DNA of 64,000 nucleotides from Obrimoposthia wandeli (Eukaryota): NCBI GenBank assembly GCA_977020255.1, contig CDROCS010005394.1, positions 62,001 to 126,000 of the forward strand, read 5' to 3'. Shown piece by piece: positions 58,650 to 64,000 of this stretch (position 1 is its first letter; each line of letters starts with the position of its first letter). The notes under the pieces were generated by a model. It saw only the letters and a program-made list of their open reading frames with translations, ran no database searches and was not told where the DNA came from. The position numbers and the translations under genes were made by a program.

Positions 58650-61397
58650 ATGCAGATATCAAAAAAAACAGTCACTAAACTCATTGTTTCATCTGTTTTA
58701 ATTGCTAGCGGGATATCTTATTATCACCAAACCCCCTATTGCGGCACCGTATTTGACTCTGCTCGCAGGGATATATTAAACGACCTGTCTCTCGATAAAG
58801 TTCAAAAACTGATGGCGAAACGTAGTTTGACACTTTCTGCTTTATGCCAAATGCCGATCTCCAAATTAAATCGTTCATTAACCAAATTAGCCATGCCTAA
58901 GCCTGATCATCCTGGTGAAGCGAAAGCCTTTCGCCATCTACAAAAATTAAGTGAAGATAAAAAAATAAATGTAGGTCAACTGCAAAAAGTTCAGGCACAG
59001 ATGCATAATATTCGTCGACAGAATTATGCCGATGCTGGAATTAACTCGATGTCATGGCAAGCTTTAGGCCCTGGTAATATAGGGGGTCGTATTCGTTCAA
59101 TCGCATTTGATCCTGATGATTCAGACCATATTTATGTTGGTTCGGTCTCTGGCGGTATTTGGGCAAGTAAAAATAGTGGTACTAACTGGCAACCACTTGA
59201 TGACTTTATGGCGAACCTCTCAATAAGCAGTATCATTTTTGATCCGAATGATAATGATGTGATGTATGCAGGTACTGGCGAGGGCATTTTTAATATGGAC
59301 CAAATCCGTGGCCTCGGTATTTTTAAATCTAATGATAAAGGTCAAACATGGAACTCATTACTTTCAACGCAACATAACAGCGACTTTTACTGGGTTAATC
59401 GACTCGCTAGCCGCCACAATGATTCAGCTGTTATTGCTGCAACCCATACCGGTATTTTCATTTCTAATGATGGCGGGGTCAATTGGAGTAATACTTATCA
59501 AGGAAGAAGTAATGATGTTGATGTTAATCCCGATGATGATAACAAACTTATTGCTGGAACCTGGTCCGGACTACTCTATTCTCAAGATAGTGGCTTAAAT
59601 TGGTCAGTGGCACAAGGGCTCAATCACATCAATAATGTTCGAATTGAAACAGCTTATGCGCATTCCAACGCAAATATAGTGTTTGCATCTGTTGATCATA
59701 ATGCTGGTGAATTATGGAAAAGCATCGATGGAGGGCAATCATATCAATTGATTAATAATGGCTTATCATACCTAGGTGTACAGGGCTGGTATGATAATAC
59801 ACTGTGGGTAGACCCATTAAATGAAAACCACATAATCGTCGGTGGTATTGATCTATGGCGTAGCCTTGATGGCGGCGTTAGCTTTAATAAAATAAGTACT
59901 TGGTGGCAAGCACCACTATCTGCACACGCGGACCACCACTTTATTATCCATCATCCCGACTACGATGGGGTCAATAATCAGCGTTTATTTTTTGCCAATG
60001 ACGGAGGCATTTATGAAACCCCTGATATCTCGCTCGCAGAAGGCAGCACAGGTTGGAAAGAACTTAATAACAACTTGTCTATAACCCAATTCTATAGCGT
60101 AGCTGTTAGTAATCACGGTAAGCTTGTCGGCGGAACTCAAGACAATGGAACCTTAGTGTATACCGGTGATAGTGAAAATTGGACCGATACCTACGGTGGC
60201 GATGGCGGCTTCTCTGCCGCGGATCCAACCGATGATAATTATTTATACGGCGAGTATGTTTACTTGCGCCTTCATCGCAGTAGTAACGGTGGTATTAGCT
60301 CACAGAGTATTTATACAAATGATATGATAAATGATAATCCTAATTTTATTGCGCCCTTTATCTTAGATCCAAACAACCCTAATCGAATGCTTGCAGGATC
60401 ATCTCAACTTTGGCGAAGTAACGATATCAAAGCAATAACTCCTACGTGGCAAAGTATTAAAGCAATAACAGCAAATATCTCTCCAATCAGTGCTATCGCT
60501 ATCCCCTACGGAGATAGTAATACTATCTATATTGGTCATAATGACGGTTCAATTTTCAAAACTGATAATGCAACGGCACAGCAACCAGAGTGGATAAATA
60601 TTAGTGGTGCCAACTTACCGCAACGATATTTAACACGGATAGCAGTGGACCCTGTACATAAAAATATTCTGTTCGTATCATTTGGTGGTTATGAAGAAGA
60701 TAATTTATGGAAATCTACGGATGGAGGTATAAATTGGAGTAACAGCACGGGTTCTGAGTTAGGCGCATTACCGCCAGCGCCAATCAGATCTATCGCTATA
60801 CACCCCATCGATCATAGTTGGATATATATTGGCAACGAAGTTGGTATCTTTACTAGCCATGATAATGGCAACAGCTGGAGTTTAGAGAATCATGGTCCTG
60901 CGAATGTGTCTATAGATGAATTAACTTGGGGAGACAACTTAATGCTCTATGCGGCCACACACGGACGCGGCGTTTTTAGTGCAAATACAAACTTAGCGAT
61001 TCCGAATGCTTTTTATTTTTCCGATAAATTAAATGTCACCCTAAACAGCTTAATTGAAAGTGAAGACAAAGTAATAAGGGGATTAGCAGCGAACACACCC
61101 ATCACCATTGTTAATGGTGAATATTCAAAGAATTGTACAGGTGATTACACTAATATTGAGGGCTATATAAATAATGATGATACGCTCTGTTTAAAACATA
61201 CCAGCGCTAAAGAGCATGATGAAACTGTAGTTACTGAATTGAAACTTGGTTCTTTAGCATTCACATTTCAATCACAAACGGTAACAAACAGTGCAACTAG
61301 TGTTTCGAGTAATAAAAGCGGCGGGAGTATTCCTATTATATCATTAATACTATTAACTATAATGTTAGGTTTAAAACTAAAAAACCCAGTCAATTGA
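58650..61397 (+). CDS. Exported BNR/Asp-box beta-propeller protein with Ig-like module and GlyGly-CTERM tail
   Basis: Many S.D.G..W Asp boxes (SKNSGTNW, SNDKGQTW, SQDSGLNW, STDGGINW); WQALGPGNIGGRI; C-terminal SGGS + TM + KLKN. Confidence 0.88.
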   Translation: MQISKKTVTKLIVSSVLIASGISYYHQTPYCGTVFDSARRDILNDLSLDKVQKLMAKRSLTLSALCQMPISKLNRSLTKLAMPKPDHPGEAKAFRHLQKLSEDKKINVGQLQKVQAQMHNIRRQNYADAGINSMSWQALGPGNIGGRIRSIAFDPDDSDHIYVGSVSGGIWASKNSGTNWQPLDDFMANLSISSIIFDPNDNDVMYAGTGEGIFNMDQIRGLGIFKSNDKGQTWNSLLSTQHNSDFYWVNRLASRHNDSAVIAATHTGIFISNDGGVNWSNTYQGRSNDVDVNPDDDNKLIAGTWSGLLYSQDSGLNWSVAQGLNHINNVRIETAYAHSNANIVFASVDHNAGELWKSIDGGQSYQLINNGLSYLGVQGWYDNTLWVDPLNENHIIVGGIDLWRSLDGGVSFNKISTWWQAPLSAHADHHFIIHHPDYDGVNNQRLFFANDGGIYETPDISLAEGSTGWKELNNNLSITQFYSVAVSNHGKLVGGTQDNGTLVYTGDSENWTDTYGGDGGFSAADPTDDNYLYGEYVYLRLHRSSNGGISSQSIYTNDMINDNPNFIAPFILDPNNPNRMLAGSSQLWRSNDIKAITPTWQSIKAITANISPISAIAIPYGDSNTIYIGHNDGSIFKTDNATAQQPEWINISGANLPQRYLTRIAVDPVHKNILFVSFGGYEEDNLWKSTDGGINWSNSTGSELGALPPAPIRSIAIHPIDHSWIYIGNEVGIFTSHDNGNSWSLENHGPANVSIDELTWGDNLMLYAATHGRGVFSANTNLAIPNAFYFSDKLNVTLNSLIESEDKVIRGLAANTPITIVNGEYSKNCTGDYTNIEGYINNDDTLCLKHTSAKEHDETVVTELKLGSLAFTFQSQTVTNSATSVSSNKSGGSIPIISLILLTIMLGLKLKNPVN

Positions 61398-61410
61398 CTG
61401 GGTTTTATTT
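61379..61410. terminator. Bidirectional terminator between the BNR protein and porin genes
   Basis: Perfect palindrome AAAACCCAGTCAATTGACTGGGTTTT between convergent genes. Confidence 0.85.
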
Positions 61411-61424
61411 AACTAATCAAGTGA

Positions 61425-62381
61425 TTAGAAAGATACACGAGTACCAACCCATAGAGTTTTTTCTGCGCCTTCTTTGTGATCAACGTCGCCGTTAGCTTTA
61501 AGACTTACTAAGTCACGGTCACTTGAATTAAATTCAATATAAGTTTTAACATCTTTAGCTACTTCGTACATAGCACCGATTACGATTTCAGAACCTTTTT
61601 CTTTAGCTAAATCGCTGTCTAGGATATCGTACATAGCATATAGATTTGCTTGACCTAGTGCGTATTGAGCACCGATACCGTATGCAGATGTATCAGCATC
61701 ATCAACGTCATTAGCTTGGTATTGAACACCTACAGTTAGAGCGTCCATTGAATAACTAGCACCTAAAATATATGTAGAGTTATCAACGATAGCCGTTTGC
61801 GCTGCTGAATTAGGAGTAGCTTTACGGTCATTTGCGATATTGTAAGCAATACCAAGAGATAGACCAGCAACGTCGTATGTACCACCGATAGAGTAAGTAT
61901 CTTGATCAGCGAAACCAACTTGTACTGATGCGTCACCAAATGATTTAGTATATTTAAGTTGATCTTCAGTAGCTGAACCAACATTATCTAGTTGGTGCTT
62001 ATAAACACCATTCTCATATGAGAAATCGTTCATAACTAAATCATCATTCAGACCTAGTTGTTTACCTAATGCAAGCGTACCATATACGTCATGTGTTACA
62101 CCTGCGTAAGCGTGGTTCATGTATAGTACATCACCTTCTTTACCGTTATATTTGATTTCCATTGAACCAAATGTTTTAAGACCATTGTCTAGTTCTTTAG
62201 CTACTTTGATGTCAAAACGTGAACCAGAATCTTCAAAATTAATATTGTCAGAGTCAGCAATAACAACGTGACCACGGAAAGAACCACCAAGAGAAACAGA
62301 AGTACCTTCGTTGTTATAAACTTCAGCAGCGTTTGCAGCGCCAGCTAGTAAGATTGCAGTAGCAAGAATAGTCTTTTTCAT
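61425..62381 (-). CDS. General outer-membrane porin
   Basis: MKKTILATAIL signal, AEVYNNEGTSV, FEDSGSRF and terminal aromatic residue (GTRVSF). Confidence 0.9.
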   Translation of the reverse strand: MKKTILATAILLAGAANAAEVYNNEGTSVSLGGSFRGHVVIADSDNINFEDSGSRFDIKVAKELDNGLKTFGSMEIKYNGKEGDVLYMNHAYAGVTHDVYGTLALGKQLGLNDDLVMNDFSYENGVYKHQLDNVGSATEDQLKYTKSFGDASVQVGFADQDTYSIGGTYDVAGLSLGIAYNIANDRKATPNSAAQTAIVDNSTYILGASYSMDALTVGVQYQANDVDDADTSAYGIGAQYALGQANLYAMYDILDSDLAKEKGSEIVIGAMYEVAKDVKTYIEFNSSDRDLVSLKANGDVDHKEGAEKTLWVGTRVSF

Positions 62382-63027
62382 TTTTGAAATCCTTTATGAT
62401 TTATAAGTTAACTCACTCATTACTTGAATCTCTCTCTGAGATGATCCATCCGGTAATGATTGGTTAAACCAAGAGTTAATGTATTCTAACAAATAGCGTG
62501 TTAAACCCACAATTCATCTGAATAACTCATTTGAATAAGATTTAACAACTACGCTTAAAACTTGGTATAGATTATAGTCATAATAATTTCATGAAAACTA
62601 TAAGGAAAATCAATAAGAGATCAAAACTAAGATCGCGGGCACATAAAGCGGTATGACAAGAAGAAATTTCTTGACAATGTAGAGTTTAAATACTCATTGA
62701 GAGGGTTTGTTAGAAACTAAACGCTTAAAAAAAAAGCATTTATGACTACTTTATGACAGAAGCAATAGTTTGCAGTTATTCTGTTAATTAGTAAGAACAG
62801 CAAAACAACTAAAAGTTCAATTCATTTTAATTCTATACCATTTAATCTAATCTAATTATTTAGGGTTAGCTTCTGTTCCTAAAGATTAGAATAGTATGAA
62901 TTTTTAACAACGCTTGTTTCTTCTATTATATAGATAAAATAATATTCACAGTATTTAGACCCTGATCACGAAACTAAAATAGTGAACTTTAAAATAGCCC
63001 ACTTCTAACTTCCGATGATTAGCAGGC

Positions 63028-63056
63028 AAAAAAATACCCCAGCATTGCTGAGGTAT
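63028..63056 (-). terminator. Intrinsic terminator after topA
   Basis: Minus strand ATACCTCAGCA-A-TGCTGGGGTAT followed by TTTTTT. Confidence 0.75.
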
Positions 63057-63115
63057 CCTATAACCACATTAGCCCTCTATGAAGACCGAGGTTAAGCGCT
63101 AAACAGAATAGCTAA

Positions 63116-64000
63116 CTACTTTTCAGTTGCAGGCTTTTTCTTCTTAACGGCTTTCTTCTTCTCTTCTTGAACCCATTTACCAGCGATGTAATGTGCTGTC
63201 CAACCCGTGGCTTTCTTCTCCACTTCGGTCATCACATATTGTTCTTTGGTTTTACGGCTAAAGCGTACTATCGCTTTATTACCTGCAGGGTCTTGCACTG
63301 GTGCATCTGCTAAGTAATAAAACTTCTCTGAAATACGGTCTCTGAAGCGAACTAGCTCTTCAATCCGCGGAGCACGGGTCTCACGAGATTTAGGGAACGT
63401 ATTCGCGGCGAGGAAGATACCGGCAGCACCATCACGTAGCACAAAGTAAGCATCCGATTTTTCGCATTCCAATTCAGGTAGGAAAACAGGATCTTCTTTT
63501 GGCGGCGCAACTTCACCACTTTTTAGGATCTTACGCGTATTCTTACATTCTTCGTTAGTACAGCCCATGTACTTGCCGAAACGGCCATTTTTAAGCTGCA
63601 TATCATTCATACAACGGTCACACTCAACCACAGGGCCATCATAGCCTTTTAGTTTGAATTCACCTTTCTCGACTTCGTAACCAGTACATTCAGGGTTATT
63701 ACCACAAACATGCAGTTTACGGGTTTCGTCGATCAGGTAGCTATCCATTGCAGTGCTACATTTAGGACAACGACGTTTTGCCATAAGCGCTTCAGTTTCA
63801 GCATTCTCATTTAGCAAATCAATCGCTTCTTCACCAGAAACAAGATTGATGGTTTTCTTACAACGTTCTTTCGGTGGCAAGTTATAACCAGCACAACCAA
63901 GGAATACCCCAGTCGTCGCGGTACGGATACCCATCTCACGTTGGCATGTTGGACATTCAATATCCGTGATAACCATTTCGTTCGAGCGCATACCGCCTTC
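63116..64000 (-). CDS. topA: DNA topoisomerase I, C-terminal zinc-ribbon region; 5' end outside the window
   Basis: [44 protein letters not shown] and [17 protein letters not shown]; Lys-rich tail. Confidence 0.95.
   Translation of the reverse strand, partial: EGGMRSNEMVITDIECPTCQREMGIRTATTGVFLGCAGYNLPPKERCKKTINLVSGEEAIDLLNENAETEALMAKRRCPKCSTAMDSYLIDETRKLHVCGNNPECTGYEVEKGEFKLKGYDGPVVECDRCMNDMQLKNGRFGKYMGCTNEECKNTRKILKSGEVAPPKEDPVFLPELECEKSDAYFVLRDGAAGIFLAANTFPKSRETRAPRIEELVRFRDRISEKFYYLADAPVQDPAGNKAIVRFSRKTKEQYVMTEVEKKATGWTAHYIAGKWVQEEKKKAVKKKKPATEK

Noticed and set aside
62382-63115. 730-bp non-coding region as an sRNA or riboswitch locus
   Set aside because: Only the topA terminator is recognisable; the rest is AT-rich and consistent with a long porin promoter. 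An sRNA cannot be excluded without RNA data.

Overview
AT-rich (about 40% GC, estimated by eye) gammaproteobacterial chromosome segment. Gene order and sequences suggest a marine Moritella/Vibrio-like organism (inference). Bases 1-28.6 kb hold a type VI secretion system with all 13 core genes (tssA, hcp, tssB, two tssC, tssE/F/G, clpV, tssJ/K/L/M, and divergent vgrG), plus PAAR and an FHA gene. Embedded in it are an orphan 386-aa Gly/Ala-rich candidate effector with no adjacent immunity gene, and a four-gene module: Ddl-like ATP-grasp ligase, sensor-like/MFS fusion and two periplasmic binding proteins. Bases 28.7-46.4 kb hold fadIJ, a moxR/batABD operon with an 18x18-bp coding VNTR, fbp and three tandem fadL paralogs. 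fadJ and two fadL copies carry short scrambled, reading-frame-breaking patches that could be consensus errors or real decay. Bases 46.5-54.6 kb hold a cassette of four glycosyltransferases and a histidine phosphatase behind a large MscS-family channel. Bases 55-64 kb hold a lipoprotein plus YjbH-like gene, a small hypothetical gene plus a BNR-repeat GlyGly-CTERM protein, a porin and the 3' end of topA. I saw no rRNA, tRNA, CRISPR array or transposase. Family assignments come from motif recognition only; no searches were run.
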